Made by a program: the position numbers and the translations under genes
In this document: in pieces, positions 1 to 9,255 of the stretch
How positions within the stretch are numbered: position 1 is the stretch's first letter
How the letters are laid out: every line of letters starts with the position of its first letter
Notes under the pieces: generated by a model
The model's input: only the letters and a program-made list of their open reading frames with translations
Told to the model about the DNA's origin: nothing
Database searches by the model: none
Source of the DNA: Candidatus Poribacteria bacterium
Lineage (GTDB): Bacteria > Poribacteria > WGA-4E > WGA-3G
Reading direction: 5' to 3'
Assembly (NCBI GenBank): GCA_965214095.1
Contig: OZ243938.1
Coordinates: 1,504,001 to 1,568,000 of the forward strand
DNA length: 64,000 nucleotides

Positions 1-2
1 CA

Positions 3-1079
3 CTTGTAGGAACAAATCTTGCCAATGTCTTGATTTCACTATTCGGAGAACGGTTGACAATAAATGTCCTTCCAGGTCTCAATGAAAATATACAGGATGT
101 AATTGCAATTGTTTATATAACAGTTTTACTCCTGATTTTTGGAGAAATTTTACCGAAAACGATTTTCCGTGTCAAGGCAGATATACTTGCACTACGATTC
201 GCTTATGTTTTGCGATTATCTGAATATGTATTAGCTCCACTTATTTATTTTGTGCAGACTGTGACAAGATTTCTTGTCATCGTTATTGATAGAGGTCCAA
301 GTTCTCCTAATCCAGAAGCACAACGTGAAGAATTACGCCTAATGGCAACTATGGGTGAAGAATCTGGAAACTTGCTTGCAGAACAGCGACGTATGATCCA
401 CAGTCTGCTCAACTTTCAAAATCGTACAGTCGCACAAGTTATGGTGCCACTTGTTGATATCGTTGCTATTGAAAAAACAACAACATGTGATAATTTCTTA
501 CAAATCGCAGCTGAATCTGGATATTCCCGTATTCCTGTCTATGATGGACGTGTCTACGACATTATCGGCATAGTCAATCTTTTAGATGTAATATATTCTG
601 AAAACCTACCTGAAACGATAGAACCTTTTATCCGCACAGATGTACAGGTTGTACCTGAGTCAAAGAATATAAATGCTCTCCTAAAAGAGATTCAGGATAC
701 GCAACATACGATGGTCTTTGCAGTTAATGAATACGGTGGCACTGTAGGACTTGTCACCGTGGAGGATCTTGTTGAAGAGATCGTCGGTGAATTTGCCGAT
801 GAACGTGATGAAACGGATATGATCCGTATTGTTGCACCTGATATTATGGAATGTGGCGGAAGAACCGAGGTCGATACTTTGGAAGAACATTATGGATTTT
901 CTATTCCTCAAGGGGATTATGAAACAATTGCAGGTTATATACTTGATCGTATCGGGACAATCCCAGAAACAGGAACAGAAATCGATCTCAACAATTCAGT
1001 TGTCACTATTCTAGATGCTGATACACGTGCTATCAAGAAAGTTCGTATTCGTCTCCGTCTTGGACGTTTTAATCCCTAA
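3..1079 (+). CDS. CNNM/HlyC-CorC family membrane protein (DUF21 + 2 CBS + CorC_HlyC), 5'-truncated by the window edge
   Basis: Frame is open from position 3 (LVGTNLANV, CNNM motif). Contains FGEILPK, SGYSRIPVY, NEYGGTVGLVTVEDLVEEIVGE and YETIAGY. Confidence 0.9.
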   Translation, partial: LVGTNLANVLISLFGERLTINVLPGLNENIQDVIAIVYITVLLLIFGEILPKTIFRVKADILALRFAYVLRLSEYVLAPLIYFVQTVTRFLVIVIDRGPSSPNPEAQREELRLMATMGEESGNLLAEQRRMIHSLLNFQNRTVAQVMVPLVDIVAIEKTTTCDNFLQIAAESGYSRIPVYDGRVYDIIGIVNLLDVIYSENLPETIEPFIRTDVQVVPESKNINALLKEIQDTQHTMVFAVNEYGGTVGLVTVEDLVEEIVGEFADERDETDMIRIVAPDIMECGGRTEVDTLEEHYGFSIPQGDYETIAGYILDRIGTIPETGTEIDLNNSVVTILDADTRAIKKVRIRLRLGRFNP

Positions 1080-1151
1080 ACGGCATAGATGTCAGGTCTT
1101 TTCTCCGTTGCTTGCACAACTGTCGTTATTATACAAGTCATTGACATACAT

Positions 1152-1898
1152 CTACAATATACCGAGTGGAGGCATCACCACTATTTCTTCCGTTACCATT
1201 CCAATAGATTGTTGACAAACAGAGAGTACTGTTTGGGCAACATGTTCAGGTTTTAGCATCTTATCAAAATCTGGATGTTGAGGTATATCCTCCCAAAACG
1301 GTGTTTCAACAGAGCCGGGTAGAACTGCTGTCACCCGTATGTTTTTGTCTCGCACTTCTGCGGCTAGTACCTTGGTTAATGCAAGTGCCCCTGCCTTTGC
1401 TGCACAATATGCACCTGATGCGGGAAAAGCAACCTTAGCAGCGATAGAAAGCACATTGATAATCTGCCCACCACCTTCTGTCAATAAAGATGGAAGAGCA
1501 TATTTGGCACAGAGATATATCCCTTTCAAATTGGAATTGATGACACTATCCCAATCATTCGGATCAAAATCCGCAACCGGACCAAAAATACCATTCCCCG
1601 CATTGTTGATCAATATATCCAACTTCTGATAGGTATCCAATGTGCGTTGGATAAGGTTTTGCACAGCGTCAACGTCAGTGACATCAGCCGGAATTGCAGT
1701 TGCCTCAGTTCCCAAGTTCCTTAGTTCAGCTGCGACTTGTTCTACAGTGTGTTGTGTCCGTGCAGCAAGTACAACCTTAACCCCTACATCTGCTAAGGAT
1801 GTCGCGATTGCCTTGCCAATACCTTTTGATGCACCGGTGACAATCGCTACTTTTCCTTCAAGGTCATTTATCTGTAGGTTGTTAGTAGTGTTTTGCAT
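1152..1898 (-). CDS. SDR family oxidoreductase, candidate sepiapterin reductase by context
   Basis: TGASKGIG, NNAG and YCAAK motifs; last gene of the PTPS-folE run. Confidence 0.85.
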   Translation of the reverse strand: MQNTTNNLQINDLEGKVAIVTGASKGIGKAIATSLADVGVKVVLAARTQHTVEQVAAELRNLGTEATAIPADVTDVDAVQNLIQRTLDTYQKLDILINNAGNGIFGPVADFDPNDWDSVINSNLKGIYLCAKYALPSLLTEGGGQIINVLSIAAKVAFPASGAYCAAKAGALALTKVLAAEVRDKNIRVTAVLPGSVETPFWEDIPQHPDFDKMLKPEHVAQTVLSVCQQSIGMVTEEIVVMPPLGIL

Positions 1899-1956
1899 AC
1901 TTAATATGGGAACATCTGAAGGGCAAACGTGGTGTGTTTACCATCTATTGCAATTC

Positions 1957-2538
1957 TTAGATACATCTAAGAAATTCTGCACGGGTTGAACTGTCTTCAC
2001 GGAATGTACCCCGCATAGAGTTTGTAGTCATTCTTGAGGTCTGCTTTTCAACACCACGTGCCATCATGCACATGTGTTGCGCCTCCATAACAACACCGAT
2101 ACCTGTGGGGTTCAAGGCTGTTTCTAATGCTTCGGCAATCTCCCGTGTTAACCGCTCCTGCACCTGTAAACGTCGAGCAAACATATCCACAATCCTCGGT
2201 ATCTTGCTGAGACCAATAATCCGTTTTCGTGGAAGATAACCGACATGACACTTACCCCAAAACGGCAGAATGTGGTGTTCACATAAACTATAGAATTCGA
2301 TATCCTTAACGATAACCATGTCGTCATTATCTTCGTCAAAAATAGCCTGATTTAATACCGTATTTAAGTCCTTATCGTAGCCGCTTGTCAAAAACTCCAT
2401 CGCCTTTGCCGCACGAGTTGGTGTTCTTATTAACCCTTGACGGGTTTTATCTTCTCCTATATTGTCAATAATCTGTGAATAAAGCGTTTCTAACATTTCA
2501 GGGTTGCGATCTGATTCACTAACCTGTTGAGTGTCCAT
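1957..2538 (-). CDS. folE: GTP cyclohydrolase I
   Basis: [29 protein letters not shown] and HMCMMARGV motifs. Confidence 0.97.
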   Translation of the reverse strand: MDTQQVSESDRNPEMLETLYSQIIDNIGEDKTRQGLIRTPTRAAKAMEFLTSGYDKDLNTVLNQAIFDEDNDDMVIVKDIEFYSLCEHHILPFWGKCHVGYLPRKRIIGLSKIPRIVDMFARRLQVQERLTREIAEALETALNPTGIGVVMEAQHMCMMARGVEKQTSRMTTNSMRGTFREDSSTRAEFLRCI

Positions 2539-2541
2539 AAA

Positions 2542-3411
2542 TTAAGAAGATTCTCCATAATAATCAAAGTGATTTTTGGGTGTTTCTCGCAAGCGGAGTC
2601 GGTGTAAAACTACCGGCTGCAAATTCGGTTCTATCACATCCCAAAGTACTTTCACAAAGTTTTCTGAAGTTGGGTTAAGGGTTTCAAATTCCGGTGTGTC
2701 AAGATTAAGATGTTTGTAATCAAAACGTGAATAAACCTGTTTTTCAACTACATCATCAAGTTGATTCAATCCTGCAACCAAGCCTGTTTTGGCATCTACA
2801 TCGCCTTTTACGGTGACTTCAAGTACATAGTTATGTCCATGTCCAGCAGGATTGTTACACTTTCCGAAGATGTCGCGGTTTTCGGCATCACTGAGAGAAT
2901 GACTATGCAAACGGTGCGCAGCACTAAATTCATAGACTTTGGTGAGATAAACCATCAAACCTTCTCCGTAGTAGTCAGTAAAACATTTTGTGTTTTCATA
3001 GAGGCGAACCCGATGGAGTAGATTAGAAGGTAGCGAGGATTCAAGCCGTTTCCAAATCTCAATCGTGATGTTTTCACATGTAGGTTGTAGATCTGGATTC
3101 TTTGAAAAAACTGGATGTTGACGATTCAGGTGTTTGTGGTCATAATTCGCATGCACTTCTGTTTTCAACAGCGCATCTAATGTCGTCAAATTAATGACCA
3201 TACCGTCATCAGCATCTACATCACCTTTGACCATTACTTCAAGGACATAGTTATGTCCGTGACTATTTGGATTCGCTGCAGCACCGAACAACGCATAATT
3301 TTCAGAATCACTTAATTCAGGAATGCGATTGTAATGAGATGCCTCAAAAGCGGTTTGCCGTGTTAGGTAATACATCGGTTTTTTGAAATGCTGTGTTTCA
3401 CCAATAGGCAC
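2542..3411 (-). CDS. Tandem two-domain 6-pyruvoyl-tetrahydropterin synthase (PTPS-II type)
   Basis: Two internal copies of F-x-A-x-H...HGHNYVLEV...DHKHLN/DYKHLN...PTxEN. Domain 2 has C-x5-HGH (CNNPAGHGH). Confidence 0.9.
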   Translation of the reverse strand: MPIGETQHFKKPMYYLTRQTAFEASHYNRIPELSDSENYALFGAAANPNSHGHNYVLEVMVKGDVDADDGMVINLTTLDALLKTEVHANYDHKHLNRQHPVFSKNPDLQPTCENITIEIWKRLESSLPSNLLHRVRLYENTKCFTDYYGEGLMVYLTKVYEFSAAHRLHSHSLSDAENRDIFGKCNNPAGHGHNYVLEVTVKGDVDAKTGLVAGLNQLDDVVEKQVYSRFDYKHLNLDTPEFETLNPTSENFVKVLWDVIEPNLQPVVLHRLRLRETPKNHFDYYGESS

Positions 3412-3699
3412 CTAATTCCTTTGTCCAACTACTTCAAGTTTATCGTCAACCGATTCATATTGAACGGACATGACCCACTCACCTGTGCCGCGTATTTGCA
3501 CGTTGCACTTCTTCAACCATTCAATTAATGTCAACTTGTCAGATGCCTCCCACTCACAGACCATTCTCCCTGATAAAGTATCACAGAGCACCCGGATGTT
3601 GCTGACATCTTCGTTTCCTTCTTCTTGAAAACGTTTCAGCAGTCGTGCTACATCTTGCCGTGTCATACATGCGATCGCATGGGCAGAAACAAATCTCAT
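3412..3699 (-). CDS. Small hypothetical protein, weakly DUF4242-like
   Basis: 95-aa ORF abutting the PTPS start. N-terminal F-x-x-x-H and a C-E-W-E-A-x-D segment recall DUF4242. Confidence 0.6.
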   Translation of the reverse strand: MRFVSAHAIACMTRQDVARLLKRFQEEGNEDVSNIRVLCDTLSGRMVCEWEASDKLTLIEWLKKCNVQIRGTGEWVMSVQYESVDDKLEVVGQRN

Positions 3700-3738
3700 A
3701 TTTCAATCTTTCACTTTTGACAAGAAATTTAGGACGAT

Positions 3739-3916
3739 TATAGTTAAAACCACAATTATTTACACACGACGGTAGGTTCGGTTTCCTAACCGAACCGCTT
3801 ACACACGACGGTAGGTTCGGTTTCCTAACCGAACCGGTGTTTGTTCTGTCTCATAGATGCGGTTAGGAAACCACATCTACCGAGGAGTGTGCACGTATTC
3901 TTACATATCACTATAG
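3739..3916. mobile_element. MITE-like element with TATAG ends carrying GTAG-REP palindromes (GGTAGGTTCGGTTTCCTAACCGAACC)
   Basis: Near-identical inverted copy at about 18774-18912; internal 38-39 bp tandem duplication at about 3759-3836. Confidence 0.75.
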
Positions 3917-3937
3917 TATATCGTCTCTTCACAAGAA

Positions 3938-4786
3938 CTAATCACGAGCAATGGGTGCACCGACAAGATTACCCCATTCTGTCCAGCTACCATCATAGTT
4001 GCGAACCTTCTCATAACCGAGTAGGTATTTCAACACAAACCATGTATGAGATGAACGTTCACCGATACGGCAGTATGCGATGGTCTCTTTGCTGTCATCA
4101 ACCCCTTCACCACCGTAAATAGATTGGAGTTCGTCGTGGGACTTAAACGTTCCATCTTCTGCAACAGCGGTCGCCCACGGGATATTTGCTGCTCCCGGAA
4201 TATGTCCACCACGTTGTGCGGTTTCACTCATGCCTGGCGGTGCAATCACTTCACCCGTAAATTCTGCTGGAGAACGCACATCAACGAGATTAATAACACC
4301 TTGTTCAAGTGTGGGTAGAATGTTGTCCTTTGTTGCACGGACGTTGTCATCTGGGAATTTCGCCTGATAGCCAGTACTCGGATAGGAAGGCACATCTGTA
4401 ACCAGATCTCTACCTTCATCAATCCATTTCTGTCGACCACCATTCATCACTTTCAAAAGACTTTCATCGTGTCCATAGTAGCGAAATTGCCAAAGCGCGT
4501 AAGTTGCGAACCAGTTATTGTTATCACCATAGAATATCACTGTCGTATCAGTAGCAATACCACAATCATTGCAGAGTGCTTCAAACTGTTCTTTTGTGAG
4601 AATGTCGCGTCGGATTTGATCACATAGTTGTGTCTGCCAATTCAAACCGACTGCTCCTGTGATGTGTCCTTCGCCATAAGCTGAGGTATCTACATCAACT
4701 TCAAGTAGACGGATACCAGCATCACCACCATGTTCTGCAACCCATTCTGTACTTACCAATACATCAGAATTAGCGTAATCAGCCAT
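3938..4786 (-). CDS. Tandem-domain sulfurtransferase (rhodanese, CysA/SseA type)
   Basis: GHITGA, GGHIPGA, catalytic YCRIGERSS and YDGSWTEW motifs. Confidence 0.95.
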   Translation of the reverse strand: MADYANSDVLVSTEWVAEHGGDAGIRLLEVDVDTSAYGEGHITGAVGLNWQTQLCDQIRRDILTKEQFEALCNDCGIATDTTVIFYGDNNNWFATYALWQFRYYGHDESLLKVMNGGRQKWIDEGRDLVTDVPSYPSTGYQAKFPDDNVRATKDNILPTLEQGVINLVDVRSPAEFTGEVIAPPGMSETAQRGGHIPGAANIPWATAVAEDGTFKSHDELQSIYGGEGVDDSKETIAYCRIGERSSHTWFVLKYLLGYEKVRNYDGSWTEWGNLVGAPIARD

Positions 4787-4888
4787 ATCTAACTTCCCTC
4801 CTGTTTCCGGTCTGTAACCGAAAGAATATATAAAAACAACCTAAACAAGTAAATATCAAACTTTTAATTAATGCTTGAATATATTTAT

Positions 4889-4917
4889 ATTATAAGGTTT
4901 TGTGTTATATTTGTCAA
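4889..4917 (-). promoter_or_regulatory. Consensus sigma70 promoter upstream of the sulfurtransferase-pterin gene run
   Basis: Minus strand TTGACA-17 bp-TATAAT. Confidence 0.75.
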
Positions 4918-4972
4918 ATATAGATGTTGTTTCTTAGTTACACAAGATTACTCAAGAAAGAACGATTTCATT

Positions 4973-5002
4973 AAAAAAAATGGCGAGGTGCGGATACCTC
5001 GC
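4973..5002 (-). terminator. Rho-independent terminator after the MORN-HhH-MORN genes
   Basis: GCGAGGT/ACCTCGC stem followed by T8 on the minus strand. Confidence 0.65.
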
Positions 5003-5050
5003 GCATTTAGAATTCATTGAAATTAGTTGATAATTTACAATATGGTCATC

Positions 5051-5515
5051 TTACTCAAGCTTTTCACCACACCTTGGACAATCATCTCCCCAAATAGAAC
5101 GTCTACCTTCTCCACATCCAGAACATTCACCGAAGGGATGTTCGTCAGGTTTGGCACGAGCACCACCCTTCTTGTATGTGATGATACGCCAGACCGTCTC
5201 GCCATCCTCTTCCCAACAGTGCCACACACCTTCTTTCCTGCCATCAGAAGACGTACCATCATGCATCTTATAAGGACCACCCCATTTGCGATTGCCATTT
5301 TCATGATAACAAATATAATCACCTTCATACTTATTATCACGATAGTATGCCACGCTGGAGATGTTTCCATTCTTGTGATATAGAATCCATTTCCCATCCT
5401 TCTTGCCGTGAATAAAGTTACCCTCACTTCGTTTCTGTCCGTTCGCGAAGTAGGTAATCCAATATCCATGCTTTTTGCCATTGGCCATTTCACCAGTATC
5501 TCGTGCGCTTGCCAT
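5051..5515 (-). CDS. MORN-variant repeat protein (YwqK-like) with C-terminal CxxC-x9-CxxC zinc ribbon
   Basis: Repeated GKKHGYW/GKKDGKW...Y-x-NG units; CSGC...CPRC; paralog of 6033-6497. Confidence 0.8.
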   Translation of the reverse strand: MASARDTGEMANGKKHGYWITYFANGQKRSEGNFIHGKKDGKWILYHKNGNISSVAYYRDNKYEGDYICYHENGNRKWGGPYKMHDGTSSDGRKEGVWHCWEEDGETVWRIITYKKGGARAKPDEHPFGECSGCGEGRRSIWGDDCPRCGEKLE

Positions 5516-5543
5516 AATTCCACCTTATGTTTAGCAATACTCT

Positions 5544-5999
5544 CTACAGATTTTCTTTAAGGTATTCCTCAAAATTTTCTATAGTTTTTTTACCGATACC
5601 TTTGATTCCTTTTAACTTATCATCATCAATTGCGGTTCGTAGAGATTGAAGACTGTCAACCCCTGCTTCCTGATATAGAAGCTTAATTGTTTTTGGTCCG
5701 AGACCGGGGATAAGAATGAGTTCCGTAATTGTTTCAGGTATCTCACTCGCGTATTCCTGTAATTTAGAACATGTTCCATTTTCAACATATTCGGTAATGA
5801 TAGTAGCAACTATATCACCAACTCCCGGTATCTCCTCTTGTAATCGTCCTTGAGCAACCAGTTCTGCAACGGATTCCTCCATACGAGAAATTGTATATGC
5901 CAAACGCGGGTAACGTGTAGCATGATCTTCTGGATAGTCAGCTACAATTAGAATGGTATGAAGTTCCATTAGTTTTTGGGCAATTTCATTGTTTGTCAT
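5544..5999 (-). CDS. Stand-alone PolX N-terminal (8-kDa + helix-hairpin-helix) domain protein
   Basis: N-x-EIA start and HhH motifs IPGVG, IPGLGPK, IKGIGKK; ends where the PolX catalytic domain would begin. Confidence 0.8.
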   Translation of the reverse strand: MTNNEIAQKLMELHTILIVADYPEDHATRYPRLAYTISRMEESVAELVAQGRLQEEIPGVGDIVATIITEYVENGTCSKLQEYASEIPETITELILIPGLGPKTIKLLYQEAGVDSLQSLRTAIDDDKLKGIKGIGKKTIENFEEYLKENL

Positions 6000-6032
6000 G
6001 AGTAGATGTATTCTCCGTCGTAGAATTCTATA

Positions 6033-6497
6033 CTAATCAATCTCTGCACCACACTTTGGACAATTATCTGTCCAATTAAGACGTTTAACTTCGCCGCAGC
6101 CGTGACATGTCCCAAGCGGATATTCATCCGGTTTTGCGCGGGAACCACCTTTCTTATAAGTAACAATCATCCACACCGTCTCACCATCTTCTTCATAACC
6201 GTAAAATGGTCCTTCCTTCTTACCATCGTAAGATTTTCCCGTATGTTTAGGATATGCACCTTTAGATCTAAGGTTCCCGTTCTCATGATACGTGATACAT
6301 TCCCCCTCGTATTTCCCATCTCGGAAAGATGCTTCACCCGATTTATTTCCATTCTTGTGGTAATTGATCCAAAGTCCATCCTTTTTGCCATGAATATAGT
6401 TGCCTTCGCTCCGTTTTCCGCCATTTGCATAATAGGTAATCCAATATCCATGTTTTTTACCATCAACCATTTCACCGGTTGTTTGTGAATCTGCCAT
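6033..6497 (-). CDS. MORN-variant repeat protein (YwqK-like) with C-terminal zinc ribbon
   Basis: Same architecture and length (154 aa) as 5051-5515; CHGC...CPKC. Confidence 0.8.
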   Translation of the reverse strand: MADSQTTGEMVDGKKHGYWITYYANGGKRSEGNYIHGKKDGLWINYHKNGNKSGEASFRDGKYEGECITYHENGNLRSKGAYPKHTGKSYDGKKEGPFYGYEEDGETVWMIVTYKKGGSRAKPDEYPLGTCHGCGEVKRLNWTDNCPKCGAEID

Positions 6498-6577
6498 AGT
6501 ATTCCTCTCAGGTTTATTGAGATTTACATGTCCAGGGTTATTTATGATGGAGTATGAAAATAAATAGACACGCCACG

Positions 6578-6704
6578 GTAGGAGCGATCTCCAAATCGCG
6601 ATTTAATGGTCTTAAAAGTAGTAGGCACGCTCCGCGTGCCGTCCAAAAGACAAGCATCTCAAATATGGTCTTAAAAGTAGTAGGCACGCTCCGCGTGCCG
6701 TCCA
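6578..6704. repeat. Cluster of GTAG-REP palindromes including a 40-bp direct repeat pair
   Basis: GTAGGAGCGATCTCC(A/G)AATCGCG (also at 18928). ATGGTCTTAAAAGTAGTAGGCACGCTCCGCGTGCCGTCCA at 6606-6645 and 6665-6704; related palindrome at about 63088. Confidence 0.8.
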
Positions 6705-6841
6705 CAAGATCAAAATGTCTCAATAGATTATACTGCCACAAAGGGAACAATTACATATAAAGAATACTTGATGAGAGACGCAACCAATGTTGGCACATAA
6801 TATATTTATGCACACCCTCAAAATGTATATTGACCTTAACG

Positions 6842-8122
6842 TCAGTCGTAGAGGCGAATGGTCCCGTCTCCACTCCCACTTATGAGTCGACTTCCATCGG
6901 GACTGAACGAAACACTTGGGATCCATTCTGAATGTCCTGTGAATTTTTGAAGTTCTATCCCTGTCTCAGCATCCCAAAGAATAACATTGTCAAGTGAATC
7001 TCCAGTAACGATGGTCTTCCCATTTGGACTGAACGACACACTGGTGATTTGCGCAGCACCGGTATTAGTTGTTCGGAGCCGCTTACCCGTGGCAACATCC
7101 CAAAGAGTAAGAGCAACTCCACTGCCACTTGCGATTGTTTTTCCATCTGGACTGAATGAGACACTGTGGGCTATATTTGAACCATCTGTAAGTGTTTGGA
7201 GATGTGCACCTGTCGCAGTATCCCAAAGGCGGATGGTACCGTCACGACTTGCACTTGCGAGTAATTTACCGTCCGGACTAAATGAGACACACCATATAGA
7301 CTCTGTATGACCTGTAAGTGCATGGAGTTCATTTGCTGTACCAGCATCCCAAATACGCACGGTACTGTCCAAATGTCCACCACCGCTTGCGATTGTTTTT
7401 CCATCCGGACTAAATGAGACGCTCAGGAAGTCAGAAAGTTCTTGGAAGTGATCCGCATCACCTGTGATTGTTTGCAGACGTGTCCCCGCCGCAATATCCC
7501 AAAAATAGATTCTTGACCCACTTGCAGCAGCGATTGTTTTTCCATCCGGACTGAATGAAATGCTCGTAATCCAACTCTTATGTCCTGTAATTGTTTGCAG
7601 ATGTCGACCTGTCGCAGTGTCCCAAAAACGAATAGTCTTATCCCGACTCCCACTTGCGATTGTTTTTCCATCCGGACTGAATGAAACGCTAAACACTTTG
7701 TCAGTATGTGCTGTGAGCACTTGGGCACGATGTCCTGTGAAAGTATTTGGTTGGGAATTTAGGATCATCTTATTTGCAACTATAGGTTTACCAACTTTAT
7801 CACTCACAGAGACAATGACATTAACAGAACTAAAACCCTCAGGGGCAGTCCATTTTACTTTTGTTCCCGATATCGTGTCTAATTCTCCAGCATCCACTTC
7901 CCATGTGTATGTCAATACGTCACCATCTTTGTCGTGAGCAATAATACTAAATTCAAGAGTTTCTCCAGGATCAAACAAGGTTGGAACACTAAAATCTTCA
8001 ACAGTAGGTAAATTATTATTCAGTGGTTTGACGACACTATCAACTAATAATGCACAACCTATCATACAAAAAGTGATTAAACACGTACTAACAATAATCA
8101 GAAACTGAAATGTACTCTTCAT
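6842..8122 (-). CDS. Probable lipoprotein: Ig/PKD-like domain + WD40 beta-propeller
   Basis: Signal peptide with MIG-C lipobox-like site; D-x-DGD-x-L-T-Y-x-W; seven SVSFSPDGKTIASGS...WD repeats. Confidence 0.9.
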   Translation of the reverse strand: MKSTFQFLIIVSTCLITFCMIGCALLVDSVVKPLNNNLPTVEDFSVPTLFDPGETLEFSIIAHDKDGDVLTYTWEVDAGELDTISGTKVKWTAPEGFSSVNVIVSVSDKVGKPIVANKMILNSQPNTFTGHRAQVLTAHTDKVFSVSFSPDGKTIASGSRDKTIRFWDTATGRHLQTITGHKSWITSISFSPDGKTIAAASGSRIYFWDIAAGTRLQTITGDADHFQELSDFLSVSFSPDGKTIASGGGHLDSTVRIWDAGTANELHALTGHTESIWCVSFSPDGKLLASASRDGTIRLWDTATGAHLQTLTDGSNIAHSVSFSPDGKTIASGSGVALTLWDVATGKRLRTTNTGAAQITSVSFSPNGKTIVTGDSLDNVILWDAETGIELQKFTGHSEWIPSVSFSPDGSRLISGSGDGTIRLYD

Positions 8123-8166
8123 TTCTTTCTCCTTAAATTATCTCTTCACTCCATATTTATTGTAAA

Positions 8167-8195
8167 ATTATAACAAATTGAACAATAAAGGTCAA
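8167..8195 (-). promoter_or_regulatory. sigma70 promoter for the WD40 gene
   Basis: Minus strand TTGACC-17 bp-TATAAT. Confidence 0.6.
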
Positions 8196-8424
8196 CACAC
8201 CCTATGTTGTATTTTTGGGTTGAAAATATGGTCCCCTTAAAAATATTTTGCATTAATTGCATTATAATTTGGTGTTTTTGGAAAAAATAATAATAAAAAC
8301 CTTCGCGAAAAAGGGTGGTTGAATGCGGTTGCCACAAGAGTTTATTGCTGATCTGGCTGTGTTGCTAAGGCGCACTTCTGTGAGTTTAGCATGTGAAGAA
8401 GGGGGTGTGAGTGTTGGATCGTAG

Positions 8425-8518
8425 CATCAAGTTCAGCCTATCCCACCAACGGCACTTTGAAACGTCAGACGCCTAATCCTGAAAATCCTATTATCCTGAA
8501 AATCATGGTTCAGACAAA
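8425..8518. repeat. Interspersed repeat family 'AATCCTGAAAATCCTGGTTCAGACAA'
   Basis: Copies at about 13965, 15215, 16389, 17057 and 45110. The 45110-45200 copy shares an extended flank (GTCTGACGTTTCAAAGTGCC). Confidence 0.8.
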
Positions 8519-8520
8519 AA

Positions 8521-9255
8521 TCAATATCTCCAGTTTTCATACGCAAGTGGTGCTGCATTTAGTTCATCTCGATAGGTGCGCCATTGTGGTAAAAACGTGT
8601 CCATCAACTCACGAAATCGATCGTTATGGTGACGTTCCAAAAGATGTGTCATCTCATGAACCAGGACATATACCAGACACGATTTCGGTTTTTTCGCCAG
8701 TTCAAGATTTAGCCAGATACGTTTCGCCTGGATATTACATGAACCCCAGACCGTTTTCATTTTCCTAATACGTACCTCATTGACAGACACTCCCATCTTA
8801 GGTTCCCACTTATCAACGAGTGGCGGCAACTGAGCGCGGAGATGTTCACGATACCATTCATATAGCACAGCCTCACGTTTGTCACGATTTGTGTTTGGAC
8901 GCACTGTAAGACCGATTCTGGAGTTGTTGAGCAGTTTAACTTTTGGTGGACATTCCTGTTCAGTTACTTTCAGTCTGTAACGTTTACCAGCAAAATAGTG
9001 GCTTTCACCTGAAACATATTCTCGCTGTGATTGGCGTTGCTGTTTCGAAAACTTCGCCTGCTTCCGACGTATCCATCCGAGTCGTGAAATGATTGCCATT
9101 CGCACAGCATCATCGTCAAGACGTAGCGGTGCAGACACACGTATCTGTCCGTTCGGAGGGTGGACACCAATATAGAAATGCTTAATATCTTTATGAACTA
9201 CCTCAATAGACAGACCATTTACTTCAATATGATAATTTTCGGTTTTAGTATTCAT
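8521..9255 (-). CDS. M48/SprT-like zinc metallopeptidase (YgjP/DUF45), typically associated with type I RM
   Basis: WGSC and YVLVHEMTHLLERHHNDRF (HExxH). ATG at 9255 overlaps the hsdR stop. Confidence 0.9.
   Translation of the reverse strand: MNTKTENYHIEVNGLSIEVVHKDIKHFYIGVHPPNGQIRVSAPLRLDDDAVRMAIISRLGWIRRKQAKFSKQQRQSQREYVSGESHYFAGKRYRLKVTEQECPPKVKLLNNSRIGLTVRPNTNRDKREAVLYEWYREHLRAQLPPLVDKWEPKMGVSVNEVRIRKMKTVWGSCNIQAKRIWLNLELAKKPKSCLVYVLVHEMTHLLERHHNDRFRELMDTFLPQWRTYRDELNAAPLAYENWRY

Noticed and set aside
2542-3411. queD (queuosine biosynthesis)
   Set aside because: Motif is C-x5-HGH rather than C-x3-HGH, and no queC/queE/queF is nearby.
3759-3836. Tandem 38-39 bp repeat resembling a CRISPR repeat
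   Set aside because: No spacer; local duplication within a REP-carrying MITE.
5035-6488. Overlapping alternative-frame ORFs (5035-5523, 5027-5383, 6102-6488, 6167-6475)
   Set aside because: Shadows of the repetitive MORN genes; no independent motifs.
6606-6704. Two 40-bp direct repeats with a 19-bp spacer (mini-CRISPR?)
   Set aside because: Only two units, built on a GTAG-REP palindrome related to one at about 63088; spacer too short; no cas genes.
8312-8450. Possible 6S-like or tRNA-like RNA (5'/3' pairing, ends ...CCCACCA)
   Set aside because: No cloverleaf or TTCGA arm. The 3' part is shared with the interspersed repeat at 45150-45200, so the structure is more simply explained as repeat-derived. 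An Rfam scan would settle it.
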